A stretch of 64,000 bases of DNA, taken from the NCBI GenBank assembly GCA_035249905.1, contig DATFFT010000111.1, positions 12,967 through 76,966 of the forward strand. The letters are read 5' to 3'. Within the stretch, counting starts at the first letter, position 1. Each line of letters begins with the position of its first letter. This document shows, one piece after another, positions 1 through 9,404 of this stretch. A program made the position numbers and the translations under genes. The DNA comes from Actinomycetota bacterium. Its GTDB lineage: Bacteria; Actinomycetota; UBA4738; HRBIN12. The notes beneath the pieces were generated by a model that did no database searches, was not told the DNA's origin, and saw nothing but the letters and a program-made list of their open reading frames with translations.

Positions 1-102
1 CACGAGGGAACGGAAGCACTGCCCGCACCACTCCGCGTCGGGGCTCGCGAGCGCGCCGCAGTCGGGGCACCGGCGCTCGGCGGCCGTCGATCCGCTCCGC
101 AT
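1..102 (-). CDS. zinc-ribbon domain protein, N-terminal fragment (continues off left edge)
   Basis: Own translation from minus-strand ATG at 102: MRSGSTAAERRCPDCGALASPDAEWCGQCFRSLV. CPxC...CxxC pair. Lies 49 nt downstream of the glycosyltransferase stop. Confidence 0.4.
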   Translation of the reverse strand, partial: MRSGSTAAERRCPDCGALASPDAEWCGQCFRSLV

Positions 103-151
103 GGGATGCAAGCGTACCCTCGTCGCGCGACGGGACAACGACATCGGGCGC

Positions 152-1288
152 CTACCCGGCGGCCTCCTGCAGCCAGAGCGTGAGCGTACGCGCGATCGAC
201 GGCCACGAGTGATCGCGGAGCACCCTGGCGCGCCCCGCCTCGCCCATCGCCCGAGCGCGAGCGGGATCGGCGAGGAGCCCCGCGATCGAGTCGGCGATCT
301 GCGCCACGTCGCGGCCGTCGACGAGGAGGCCGGTCTCGCCGTCGACCAGCGCCTCACGGGCCCCGCCGGAATCGCCCACCACGACCGGCTTCCCGCAGGC
401 CGCGGCCTCGATGAAGACGTTGCCCCACCCTTCCACCTCCATGCCTGCCAGGCGTGTCCGACAGGGCATCGCGAACACATCGGCGAGCGCGTAGTAGCGG
501 GGCAGGTCGGCCTCGGGGACCTGGCCGGCGAATACGACCGAGCCGCCGGGGGCGCGTGCGGCCATCGCCCGGAGCCGCCGCTCGTCGGGCCCATCCCCCA
601 CGATCAGGAGCGTCGCATCGGGAACCGTGCGGCGGATGCGCGGCATCCCTTCGATCAGCGCGTCCTGGCCCTTGCGCGCGACGAGCCGGCTCACGCAGAC
701 GACGAGGGGCCGGTTCCCGAGGTCGTGGCGATCGCGGAGGTCCCCGGTCGGCAGGTCCGGTCGGAACACCTCGGCATCGGCCCCCGGGTACAGCACCGAC
801 ACGGGCACGTGCTCGGGCACCGCGGTGCGCACGGTGCGGGCGATGAACTCGCTGCACATGACGGGCACGCGCGTCGCCCTCGAGGTCGCGTACCGCATCG
901 CGGCGTGGGCGCCGGGCACGATCGAGAGCCAGTATTCGAATCCGTGGGCGGCGGCGAGGTACGGGACGTCCGCCCGCGCGAGCCGCGGTCCCAGGAGGGC
1001 CAGCGGGTAGGTGGCGCCGAACAGGACGACCTCGGATCCCGTCGACCGCACCGCGGCCTCGAGCCGCCGGGCGATCTCGGGCGTGGGCCACAGGAACCCC
1101 TCCGGCTGCCGGAGCACGGGATAGGGCGCGAGCGCGTCGAACGTCTCGGTCTCGCCGCCGCCGTCCGGGCAGAAGACCGCGACGCGGTCGGCGGGGAGCT
1201 GGCCCACGAGGGCCTCGAGGGTCCGTTGGATACCGCCGACCCTCGGCGGGTAGTCGTTGGTCACGAGCAGGGTGCGAGGCACGTCCAC
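152..1288 (-). CDS. GT4-family (GT-B) glycosyltransferase, PimB-like mannosyltransferase
   Basis: 378-aa ORF. N-terminus LLVTNDYPPRVGGIQ and C-terminal EGWGNVFIEAAACGKPVV region are typical of GT4 mannosyltransferases. Confidence 0.9.
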   Translation of the reverse strand: MDVPRTLLVTNDYPPRVGGIQRTLEALVGQLPADRVAVFCPDGGGETETFDALAPYPVLRQPEGFLWPTPEIARRLEAAVRSTGSEVVLFGATYPLALLGPRLARADVPYLAAAHGFEYWLSIVPGAHAAMRYATSRATRVPVMCSEFIARTVRTAVPEHVPVSVLYPGADAEVFRPDLPTGDLRDRHDLGNRPLVVCVSRLVARKGQDALIEGMPRIRRTVPDATLLIVGDGPDERRLRAMAARAPGGSVVFAGQVPEADLPRYYALADVFAMPCRTRLAGMEVEGWGNVFIEAAACGKPVVVGDSGGAREALVDGETGLLVDGRDVAQIADSIAGLLADPARARAMGEAGRARVLRDHSWPSIARTLTLWLQEAAG

Positions 1289-1311
1289 GGCGCCGATATC
1301 CTTGCAGAGCG

Positions 1312-2172
1312 ATGCCGCCGCTCACCGCCTCCGACGACGAGCTCCTGGCCATCGCCGAGGGACGTGCCGCCGTCGACCTCGCGTCGTTCCGAAAGGTGCG
1401 GGTCCGAGGCGACGATGCCCGGACATGGCTGCACGACCTCGTCACGACCGACGTCGCGTCACTCGTACCGGGTGCGTCGCGGCGAACGCTGCTCCTCGAC
1501 GCCACCGGCCACATCCGTGCCGATCTGCAGGTCGCCTGCGACGGGGACGGGTTCTGGCTGTTCCAGGCTCCCGATCAACCCGACCACATCCGCTCGGCGC
1601 TGGCGCCCTACGTCCTCTCCTCCGCCGTGAGGCTCGACGACCTGACCGACGAGCGCGGCTTGATCGCGTTGCTCGGTTCCGCCGGCGCTCACGACGGCTT
1701 CCGCCCATCGTGTCTCGGCCCGGGCGGCGACGTGATCGGTCCCTCGGCGTCGACCCTCCTTCCTCCCGAGCGCGCGTTCGTCGGCGCCGACGCCGCCGAG
1801 GTCTGGCGGATCCGACGGGGGCGAGCTCGCATGGGCACCGATTTCGACGGCAGATCGATCCCTGCCGAGGCCGGGCTCGACGAGACGATCGACCAGACGA
1901 AGGGATGCTTCCTCGGCCAGGAGTCCGTCGCGCGGGTCCGGAACCTCGGTCACCCGCCACGGGTCCTGAGGCACCTGGTCGCAGACGGCCCGATCGACGC
2001 GGGATCGGCGGTCGTCGACGAGGCGGGCGGTGATGTCGGCGTGGTGACCAGCGCCGCAACACATGTCGGGGGCGGCACGGTTCTGCTCGCGTCGATCCGC
2101 TGGGGAGCTGGGAAGCGTCTGCTGGACGCTCGAGAGGGCCGCGACCTGGCTCCCGTCGGTTCATCGGACTAG
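1312..2172 (+). CDS. ygfZ: YgfZ/GcvT-like folate-binding protein
   Basis: 286-aa ORF with the YgfZ signature KGCFLGQE near the C-terminus and an aminomethyltransferase-like N-terminal part. Confidence 0.8.
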   Translation: MPPLTASDDELLAIAEGRAAVDLASFRKVRVRGDDARTWLHDLVTTDVASLVPGASRRTLLLDATGHIRADLQVACDGDGFWLFQAPDQPDHIRSALAPYVLSSAVRLDDLTDERGLIALLGSAGAHDGFRPSCLGPGGDVIGPSASTLLPPERAFVGADAAEVWRIRRGRARMGTDFDGRSIPAEAGLDETIDQTKGCFLGQESVARVRNLGHPPRVLRHLVADGPIDAGSAVVDEAGGDVGVVTSAATHVGGGTVLLASIRWGAGKRLLDAREGRDLAPVGSSD

Positions 2173-2318
2173 CCCGTTCGGGTGGTTTCGAGTCCCTCGG
2201 CCGTCGTATCGTCGGATGCGTTCCTCCGACCCCTTCCGTTGAGGCCCGTGGCTCTGATATGAATCGAGTCCCGCGGCCCGGTGCCCACCAGCGGGGACGC
2301 TCCGAGGGGGAGGACTCT

Positions 2319-2597
2319 GTGAGGATCGAGCGGTTCCCGAACGTCGACGTCAGCATCCTGCCGCCGAACCCCGCTCCTCCGGATTTCTGGCAAGAACGCG
2401 CCGCTTGCTTCGGCGTCGACCCCGACATCTTCTTCCCGATCTCCGAGGAGGAGGCCGGTCCCGCGCTGACGTTCTGCAACGCGTGCCGGATCCGGGAGGA
2501 ATGCCTCGCCTGGGCGCTGAAGAACGGCGAGCGGTACGGGGTATGGGGCGGCCTCACCGAGCAGCAGCGCCGCCGCCTGCAGCGACGCGTCGCCTGA
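2319..2597 (+). CDS. WhiB-family redox-sensing transcriptional regulator
   Basis: Four Cys in WhiB spacing (ACFG...FCNACRIREEC) plus a GVWGG turn and basic tail. GGAGGA lies 5 nt upstream of GTG 2319, so the track start at 2259 is probably too long. Confidence 0.9.
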   Translation: MRIERFPNVDVSILPPNPAPPDFWQERAACFGVDPDIFFPISEEEAGPALTFCNACRIREECLAWALKNGERYGVWGGLTEQQRRRLQRRVA

Positions 2598-2638
2598 AGC
2601 GCCGGGTTCGCGGCGCCGCCTACACTGACGGCGTTCCC

Positions 2639-3688
2639 ATGCCGCCAGACCATGCGCCCGTCCACTCCGTCGCCCCCCTTCGCATCAGCTTCGTGGGAGG
2701 TGGCACCGACTTCCCCCACTGGTATCGGGAGCACGGAGGTGCGGTGCTCTCGGCAACGATCGATCACGTCGTCCGGGTGACCGCGACCCCACGCGCCGAC
2801 CGCGCCGTGCGCGTGCGTTCGCTCGATCTCGGTCACCTCGTGCAGTACCAGCTCGACGAGGGCCCCGAGTACGACGGCGTGATGGATCTCGCGAAGGCGG
2901 CAATCGATCGCATGGGTCTCGAGACGGGCCTCGACGTCGACATCGAGTCCGAGGCGCCTCCGGGAAGCGGTCTCGGCGGCTCGTCGGCGCTCGTCACCGC
3001 CCTCGTGGCCGCGCTCGCGTGCCTCGACGGTCGTCCGATGACGTGCGATGAGGTCGCCGGGCTCTCGTACTCGATCGAGCGGCACGACCTCGGCATCTCG
3101 GGTGGGTGGCAGGACCAATACGCGGCGGCCTACGGTGGGTTCAACCTGATCGAGTTCGGCGGTGACGGCGCTCGTCTCTCGCCGGTCGAGGTCGGCGCCG
3201 ACGAGCTCGAGGAGCTCCGCAAGCACCTGCTGCTCTGCTACACGGGCAGGGTCCGGCGCAACGTCGGCCTGATCGACCGGCAGATCGCGATGTTCGAAGC
3301 CGGCCGCGAGGACACCTTGCTCGGCATGAAGCAGCTCCGTGAGATGGCCTACGTCATGCGCGATGCGGTTGAGGCCGCCGACATCGGCAGGCTCGGCGCG
3401 CTGTTGCGGGACGCGTTCGATGCGAAGCGTCGCATGAACCCCCACATCACCGAGGGCACGCCGATCGAGTCGATGCTCGCCACCGCCGCCGACGCGGGCG
3501 CCACCGGCGGCAAGATCTGCGGGGCCGGAGGGGGCGGATACCTGCTGATCGCCTCTCCTCCCGAGGCTCGAGCCGCCGTTCGCTCGGCGCTCGAGGCGAT
3601 CGGCGGTCAGTTCGCCCCCTTCGAGTTCGATCCCCAGGGCGTGCGTGCCAGGCGGGGCGACGCTCACTGGACCCCGTCGCGTCGATGA
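2639..3688 (+). CDS. GHMP-family sugar kinase (D-glycero-D-manno-heptose 7-phosphate kinase-like)
   Basis: PLRISFVGGGTDFP N-terminus and PPGSGLGGSSA GHMP ATP motif. In-frame ATG 2639 chosen inside track ORF 2405..3688. The stop overlaps the gmhA start (ATGA). Confidence 0.8.
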   Translation: MPPDHAPVHSVAPLRISFVGGGTDFPHWYREHGGAVLSATIDHVVRVTATPRADRAVRVRSLDLGHLVQYQLDEGPEYDGVMDLAKAAIDRMGLETGLDVDIESEAPPGSGLGGSSALVTALVAALACLDGRPMTCDEVAGLSYSIERHDLGISGGWQDQYAAAYGGFNLIEFGGDGARLSPVEVGADELEELRKHLLLCYTGRVRRNVGLIDRQIAMFEAGREDTLLGMKQLREMAYVMRDAVEAADIGRLGALLRDAFDAKRRMNPHITEGTPIESMLATAADAGATGGKICGAGGGGYLLIASPPEARAAVRSALEAIGGQFAPFEFDPQGVRARRGDAHWTPSRR

Positions 3689-4275
3689 CCGCCGACCGCG
3701 ACAGCGCCCGAGCGTACCTGCGCGAGACGGCCGACACGGTGCTCAGGGTCGAGAGCGAATGCCTCGACGACATCGAGGCTGCGTCCGCGACCCTGATCGA
3801 CTGCCTGCGCGCCGGAGGGAAGCTGCTGATCTGCGGCAACGGGGGAAGCGCGGCGGACGCCCAACACCTGGCCACGGAGTTCGTCAGCACCTTGACGCTG
3901 GACAACCTCCGGCCCTCGATCCCGGCGATCGCGCTCACGACCGACTCTTCGCTCCTCACGGCGATCGCGAACGACTTCGGCATCGAGGGCGTCTTCGCTC
4001 GGCAGGTGGAATCGCTCGGCAGCGCCGGCGACGTCCTGATCGCGATCTCGACGAGCGGGAACTCGCAGAACGTGGTCCGCGCGGCCGAGCAGGCTCGGTC
4101 GCAGGACGTGAGGGTCATCGCATTGACGGGGGCATCGGGCGGCACGCTCGGGCCCTTGGCCGATGTGGCGATCCGCGTGCCATCAACGGCGACGGCGCAC
4201 ATCCAGGAATGCCATCTCGCGGTCGAGCAGCTCCTGGCGCTGCTCACCGAACAGGCCCTGTTCCCGGCCGGATAG
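3685..4275 (+). CDS. gmhA: phosphoheptose isomerase (SIS domain)
   Basis: 196 aa. LLICGNGGSAADAQHLATEF and the GmhA-type SIS domain run throughout. Confidence 0.9.
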   Translation: MTADRDSARAYLRETADTVLRVESECLDDIEAASATLIDCLRAGGKLLICGNGGSAADAQHLATEFVSTLTLDNLRPSIPAIALTTDSSLLTAIANDFGIEGVFARQVESLGSAGDVLIAISTSGNSQNVVRAAEQARSQDVRVIALTGASGGTLGPLADVAIRVPSTATAHIQECHLAVEQLLALLTEQALFPAG

Positions 4276-5108
4276 CCGGAACCCCGGCGCGGCTCAACGC
4301 GGCGGATCTCGCCGAGGATCCTGTCCTCCCACCCCGGGCCCCCGTCATCGGTGAGCAGCCACCACGTCGCTCCCGCCGTCGCGTAGTCGCCGGGATCGGT
4401 GTCGGGCGCCCCCTGGACCACCGCATCGAACGGCGCATCGGACTCGCGGAGCGCTCGTGTGAACCCGAGCGCTTCGGCGAACGCGTCGGGCGTGATCGGG
4501 CGCGGTTCCTCCTCCAACACCGCGATCGGGAACATGCCGTCCCACCGCGCGGCGCGGCGGAACGGCGCTCGATTCGGCCACATGCCCGCGATCCACACGG
4601 GGATGCGCGGTCGCTGCACCGGGCGCGGCAGGAACGTGACCCCGTCGATCCGGTGGTGCCGACCGTCGACCGTCGCCGGTTCGCCCGACCAGAGCCGGTC
4701 GAGGATCGCGAGTCCGTCGTCGAGGAGTTCCGCGCGCTCACGCTCGCCCGTCGGCTCGCCGAAGGAGCCGAACTCGACGGCGGGAGGGAACCCCAGCCCG
4801 GCTCCGAAGACCAGTCGTCCGTGGCTCAGGTGGTCGAGCGAGACGGTCTCCCGCGCCAGCTTCCACGGCCGGCGACGCGCGACCGGTGTGACCATGGGCC
4901 CCAGCCGGATGCGCGCGGTCGTCGCAGCGAGCGCGGCCAGCGCGATCCACGGGTCGTGCACCGCCACGTCGAACACGTCCGAGAACCGCATGTGGTCCCA
5001 GAGGAAGAACCCGTCCCACCCGGCCTCTTCGGCCTCACGGCCCATCGTGAGCAACAGGTCGAGCTCGCCGATGTTCGGCACCGTGACCCCGCTGCGCACG
5101 CTGGCCAT
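4276..5108 (-). CDS. LLM-class (luciferase-like) F420/flavin-dependent oxidoreductase; 3' end unresolved
   Basis: Minus-strand ATG at 5108: MASVRSGVTVPNIGELDLLLTMGREAEEAGWDGFFLWDH...HGRLVFGAGLG...ATWWLL. The family-like sequence ends near 4280, but the frame has no stop until 3447 (see finding). Confidence 0.6.
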
Positions 5109-5252
5109 CCTAGAGGCGTCCGTCGACGGCCGATGTCGGTGCCGGTCGTCACCATCTCGCTCGTGACGACTTCCCCGAGGCGCTCCCTTGACCATCGAAC
5201 ACCTGTTCGATACCCTCCAGCTCCCGTTCGGCCCCTTCCGACGGAGGCGACG

Positions 5253-6911
5253 ATGCCGGTGTCGGCCGAACCCACCCAGACGACCCTCGAGCTCGGCGTG
5301 CCGATCGTCGAGGTCACGTTCTGCGTCGTCGACCTCGAGACGACGGGAGGCTCGCCGGTCGACGACGCCATCACCGAGATCGGCGCCGTCAAGTACCGCG
5401 GCGGCGAGCGTCTCGGGTCCTTCCGCGCCCTCGTGAACCCCCGACGGCCCATCCCTCCCTACGTCGCCCACCTCACGGGCATCGACGATCGCCTCGTCTC
5501 GAGGGAGCCGCCGATCGAGCACGTGCTGCCGTCGTTCCTCGAATTCTTCCGCGGTTCGGTCTTCGTCGCGCACAACGCGGGGTTCGATTTCGGCTTCCTC
5601 AACGCGAGCTGCGAGGCGCTCGACTACCGGCCGCTGCCGGGCCCACCGCTGTGCACCGCGCGGCTGGCGCGGCGCGTGGTCTGGCCCGACGTGCCCAACG
5701 TGAAGCTCGCCACGCTCGCGAACTACTTCCGCACCCGGACCAGGCCGACGCACCGTGCCCTCGACGATGCCGAGGCATGCGCCGAGGTGCTGCACGGCCT
5801 GCTCGACCTCGGGGGACGCCTCGGCATCGTGACGATGGGAGACCTCGAAGAGGCCCTGCGTGCTCGCGGGCGACCGAACTTCGGCAAGATCCGGCTCGCC
5901 GACGACCTTCCGCACGCGCCCGGCGTCTACCTGTTCCGCGGCCGCGACGACCGTGTGCTGTACGTCGGCAAGGCCAACGACCTGCGGGCCAGGGTGAAGT
6001 CGTACTTCTACGGCGACGAACGGAAGAAGATCGTGAACCTGCTCGACGAGGTCCGCACCGTCGAGGGCATCCGATGCGAGGGCGAGCTCGAGGCCCTCGT
6101 GGTCGAGGCCCGCCTGATCCGCCGTTACGAGCCGAAGTACAACCGCCGGGGGACGACCTGGCGCCGTGGGGCGTATCTGGTGCTCGATCCAAGCGAGGCA
6201 TGGCCTCGCATCAAGGTCGTTCGCAGGGCCGTACCCGACGGGCGCCACTACCTCGGCCCGTTCGGCAGCTCGGCGACTGCCCGTCTCGCGAAGGACGCCC
6301 TCGAGGAAACCGTGCCGATCCGCCGGTGCACGACCTCGATGGGCGTCTCTACCAGGTTCGCTCCGTGCGCCCTGGCCGACATGGGCCGGTGCCTCGCCCC
6401 GTGCGACGGCCGCACCGATCGCGAGCGCTACGGAGAGCTCGTCCGATGGCTCGTCTCCTCCCTGAGCACCGGCCCGGGCGAGCTCCTCGAAGCGCTCGAA
6501 CGCCGCATGTCGCGGCTCGCCGAGGCGGAGCGGTACGAGGAAGCCGCGTCGGTGCGCGATCGGCTCCGCGCGCTCGCCGAGGGACTGTGGCGAGAACGGG
6601 TCGACGCGTGGCTCGTGGGAGCGGGGCGGCTCGAGCTGGGCGTCCGCGACGGGGAACGGGTGCGGCTCGACGCCGGCTCGCTCCGAACGGGCCACGCCGA
6701 CGGCGGTGCGATCGCTCGGCCCGTGCCGCGAGAGCGCGCCGACGAGCTGGCGGCCGTGCGATCGTGGGTCGGCCGCCATCATCCCCGCGTGCTGGCCTGC
6801 GATCGCCCCCCCGCCGAATCGGTCGAGGGTGGGGCCGCGCTCGCCCGCGTCTTGCGGCGCATGCGAGACGCGTCGAGTCGCGACGACCACCGGCGCAGGG
6901 CCCGCCGGTAG
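5253..6911 (+). CDS. DEDDh 3'-5' exonuclease (Pol III epsilon-like) fused to a GIY-YIG nuclease domain
   Basis: VVDLETTG, AHNAGFDFGFL and HRALDDA exonuclease motifs, followed by GVYLFR...VLYVGKA...YNRR (GIY-YIG). GGAGG SD lies upstream of ATG 5253. It is part of the spurious 3645..6911 track ORF. Confidence 0.85.
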   Translation: MPVSAEPTQTTLELGVPIVEVTFCVVDLETTGGSPVDDAITEIGAVKYRGGERLGSFRALVNPRRPIPPYVAHLTGIDDRLVSREPPIEHVLPSFLEFFRGSVFVAHNAGFDFGFLNASCEALDYRPLPGPPLCTARLARRVVWPDVPNVKLATLANYFRTRTRPTHRALDDAEACAEVLHGLLDLGGRLGIVTMGDLEEALRARGRPNFGKIRLADDLPHAPGVYLFRGRDDRVLYVGKANDLRARVKSYFYGDERKKIVNLLDEVRTVEGIRCEGELEALVVEARLIRRYEPKYNRRGTTWRRGAYLVLDPSEAWPRIKVVRRAVPDGRHYLGPFGSSATARLAKDALEETVPIRRCTTSMGVSTRFAPCALADMGRCLAPCDGRTDRERYGELVRWLVSSLSTGPGELLEALERRMSRLAEAERYEEAASVRDRLRALAEGLWRERVDAWLVGAGRLELGVRDGERVRLDAGSLRTGHADGGAIARPVPRERADELAAVRSWVGRHHPRVLACDRPPAESVEGGAALARVLRRMRDASSRDDHRRRARR

Positions 6912-6920
6912 ACTGGGAGC

Positions 6921-8093
6921 GTGGACCGGGCCGTCATCGTCGAAGGCGCGCGCACGCCGATCGGGAAGTTCCTCGGGTCGTTCGCCGACACCCCGGCCGT
7001 TCGCCTGGGAGAGCTCGCCGCGAAGGAAGCCCTGCGACGTGCCGCGATCGACGCCGAGCAGGTCGACCAGACGATCGTCGGCCACGCTCGTCAGGCCGGG
7101 AACGGCCCCAACACGGGCCGCCAGGTCAGCATGCGCGCGGGCGTCCCCCGGGAGGTCAGCGCCTACAACGTGAACATCGCGTGCGGCTCGGGCATGAAGG
7201 CCGCCCAGCTCGGCGCCCAGCAGATCATGCTGGGCGAGAGCGAGGTCGTGCTCGTGGGTGGCATCGAGAACATGACCAGGGTGCCCTACCTGCTTCCCGA
7301 CATGCGACTCGGCCACCGCCTCGGGAACACGCAGGCCGTCGACGCGATGTACCGCGACGGCCTGCTCGACCCGCTCTGCGACCTGATCATGGGCGAGACC
7401 GCGGAGAACCTCGTCGACATGTACGGCATCTCCCGCGAGGAGCAGGACGAGTTCGCCGTACGGTCGCAGCACCGCGCCCGAGACGGCGTGGCGCGCAGAG
7501 CCGCGGAGATGTTCCCCGTCGAGACGACGCTCGACCGCACGACCGTGACGGTCGCCGACGACGAGCATCCGCGGCCCGATACGACGACCGAGTCGCTCGC
7601 GAAGCTCCCGCCCGTGTTCCGCGAGGGCGGCAGCGTCACGGCCGGGAACTCGAGCGGCCTCACCGACGGCGCCGCCGCGCTCGTGCTGATGAGCGAGTCA
7701 CGGGCGAGGAACGAAGGCCGCGAGCCGCTGGCGGCCCTCACAGCGATGTCGTGGGCCGGGGTCCCACCCAAGATCATGGGCATCGGTCCGGTGCCGGCCA
7801 CCCAGAAGGTGATGGACGGGCTCCGATGCACGATCGACGACTTCGAGCTGATCGAGATCAACGAGGCGTTCGCCGCCCAGGTGATCGCCTGCGAGCGCGA
7901 GCTGAAGTTCGATCGCGAACGGTTGAACGTCAACGGGGGCGGCATCTCGGTCGGCCATCCGATCGGCATGAGCGGGGCGCGCATCATCCTCGCGCTCGCC
8001 TACGAGCTGCGCGCTCGCGATCTCACGATGGGCCTGGCCACGCTCTGCATCTCTGGCGGCCAGGGCCTGGCCGTCGTCCTGGAACGTGCCTGA
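6921..8093 (+). CDS. acetyl-CoA C-acetyltransferase (thiolase)
   Basis: 390 aa. NIACGSGMKA active-site Cys region and the C-terminal GGGISVGHPIGMSGARI / LCISGGQG thiolase signatures. Confidence 0.95.
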   Translation: MDRAVIVEGARTPIGKFLGSFADTPAVRLGELAAKEALRRAAIDAEQVDQTIVGHARQAGNGPNTGRQVSMRAGVPREVSAYNVNIACGSGMKAAQLGAQQIMLGESEVVLVGGIENMTRVPYLLPDMRLGHRLGNTQAVDAMYRDGLLDPLCDLIMGETAENLVDMYGISREEQDEFAVRSQHRARDGVARRAAEMFPVETTLDRTTVTVADDEHPRPDTTTESLAKLPPVFREGGSVTAGNSSGLTDGAAALVLMSESRARNEGREPLAALTAMSWAGVPPKIMGIGPVPATQKVMDGLRCTIDDFELIEINEAFAAQVIACERELKFDRERLNVNGGGISVGHPIGMSGARIILALAYELRARDLTMGLATLCISGGQGLAVVLERA

Positions 8094-8108
8094 GAGAGGA
8101 GCCGGAAC

Positions 8109-8402
8109 GTGAGCGCCGCCGTGCACGCCGTGGTCTTGATCCAGTGCGAGATCGACGAGATCGCCGAGGCCGCCCAGGCGATCGCCGAGATCGACGGCGT
8201 GAGCGAGGTGTACTCCGTGGCGGGTGAGTTCGACCTGATCGCGATCGTGCGGGTGAGCGCCCACGACGAGCTCGCCTCGGTGATCCCCGGCGGCATCGCG
8301 AAGGTCGACGGGGTCGAGCGCACGGAGACCCTGATCAGCTTCCAGGTGTATTCGAAGCACGACCTCGAGCGCCTGTTCTCGCTGGGGTTCGACGAGGGCT
8401 GA
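8109..8402 (+). CDS. Lrp/AsnC ligand-binding (RAM) domain protein, stand-alone
   Basis: 97 aa. AVVLIQCE...VSEVYSVAGEFDLIAIVRV matches the AsnC-type effector domain. No HTH domain is present. Confidence 0.8.
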   Translation: MSAAVHAVVLIQCEIDEIAEAAQAIAEIDGVSEVYSVAGEFDLIAIVRVSAHDELASVIPGGIAKVDGVERTETLISFQVYSKHDLERLFSLGFDEG

Positions 8403-8417
8403 ACCTCCTGAGCCCAC

Positions 8418-8792
8418 TCAGATCAGCGAGGTGTAGCTGACGCCGCCCGGCCAGTCGATCGCCACGACGAGCGCCGTGCGGCCCCACGTGGCGAGGTCGC
8501 CGTTCCGCGGGGCGTACTTCTCGAGCATCAGCCGCCTGGCGAGCGCATCCTCGTCCCCACCGCCGCCGACCACGCGGGCTCGGGTGGCTCGCTTGCGTCC
8601 GCCGATCTCCAGCTCGACCTCTGGCACGGCCACCAGGTTGCGGACCCAGTCGCTGCGATCTCGGTCCCCGGCCATCAGGAAGACGGTCTCCTCGGCGAGC
8701 ACGAACCAGATCTCGATGCGATGTGGCTTCCCGGTGACGCGGCCGGTGGTCGTGAGGTAGCAGAAGTCGAGACCGGCGATGTCGTCGGGCAT
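8418..8792 (-). CDS. nitroreductase-family deazaflavin (F420H2)-dependent oxidoreductase (DUF385/PNPOx-like)
   Basis: 124 aa. YLTTTGRVTGKPHRIEIWF...SDWVRNL pattern is typical of the DUF385 family. Confidence 0.8.
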   Translation of the reverse strand: MPDDIAGLDFCYLTTTGRVTGKPHRIEIWFVLAEETVFLMAGDRDRSDWVRNLVAVPEVELEIGGRKRATRARVVGGGGDEDALARRLMLEKYAPRNGDLATWGRTALVVAIDWPGGVSYTSLI

Positions 8793-8798
8793 CGCCCG

Positions 8799-8906
8799 CT
8801 ACCAGATCGCCCAGATCACGAGCGCAGCGATCACCACGAGGGCTCCGATGAAGATCGCGAGATCTGCCTTCTTCACCTTGCCCGGCTGTTGGTAGTTGAA
8901 GCCCAT
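8799..8906 (-). CDS. small hydrophobic protein (35 aa), hypothetical
   Basis: MGFNYQQPGKVKKADLAIFIGALVVIAALVIWAIW has one predicted TM helix. It sits 4-6 nt from both neighbouring genes in the operon. Internal start chosen in track ORF 8799..8981. Confidence 0.35.
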   Translation of the reverse strand: MGFNYQQPGKVKKADLAIFIGALVVIAALVIWAIW

Positions 8907-8910
8907 GTCG

Positions 8911-9108
8911 CTACAGACGGTAGTACTCGCGGAAGCGTTCGGGCGAGAGCCAGTAGATGTGCTGGCGAACGGTGGAGGCATACGTGCGGGCTTCGGAGTG
9001 ATCGCGACAGGCTCGCTCGGCGATCACGGTTCCGGACCCGTCGACGATCGCCACGCGCCAGCTTCCGTCGTCCTCACGGAGCTCGACCCCGAACCCGCTC
9101 TCGCCCAC
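8911..9108 (-). CDS. hypothetical protein, YegP/DUF1508-like single domain
   Basis: 65 aa. WRVAIVDGSGTVIAERACRDHSEARTYASTVR resembles the FRFxLxAxNGxxIxxSExYxxxxxAxxxIxSV pattern of DUF1508. Confidence 0.5.
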   Translation of the reverse strand: MGESGFGVELREDDGSWRVAIVDGSGTVIAERACRDHSEARTYASTVRQHIYWLSPERFREYYRL

Positions 9109-9116
9109 GCGCTCCC

Positions 9117-9404
9117 TCAGCCTTGCCCCACGAGGTTCTTCCCGAGCCGGTCGAGGTGCTCGCTCAACGGGCCAAGCACCGACTCCTTGTCGAGGCTGAA
9201 CTCGGGTGCCACGTCGGCGATCGCCTCGAGGGCCTCCTCGAGCTTCGAGCCGGCCTCCTCGGCGTCACGCAGGGCGTTCACCAGCACCACGGCGTAGTCG
9301 GGGCTGAACGGCTGTCCGTCCCAGGGCGACGCTCCGCCGCTCGCGATCACCTGTTCCGCGAAGAACTCGCGGCCGTTCCGATGGTCGATGCCTCTGATCT
9401 TCAC
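9117..9404 (-). CDS. hypothetical protein (95 aa)
   Basis: GTG 9404 overlaps the receiver-gene stop (GTGA) and is preceded by AAGGAG. The upstream part of the track ORF (to 9497) overlaps the receiver gene. Confidence 0.5.
   Translation of the reverse strand: MKIRGIDHRNGREFFAEQVIASGGASPWDGQPFSPDYAVVLVNALRDAEEAGSKLEEALEAIADVAPEFSLDKESVLGPLSEHLDRLGKNLVGQG

Noticed and set aside
3447-7568. 1373-aa minus-strand ORF, the longest in the track
   Set aside because: It is a composite shadow ORF. Only the 4276-5108 portion looks like a real protein (LLM oxidoreductase). The rest is Arg/Ala/Gly/Pro-rich antisense of the exonuclease-GIY-YIG, thiolase and gmhA genes, which have clear family signatures on the plus strand.
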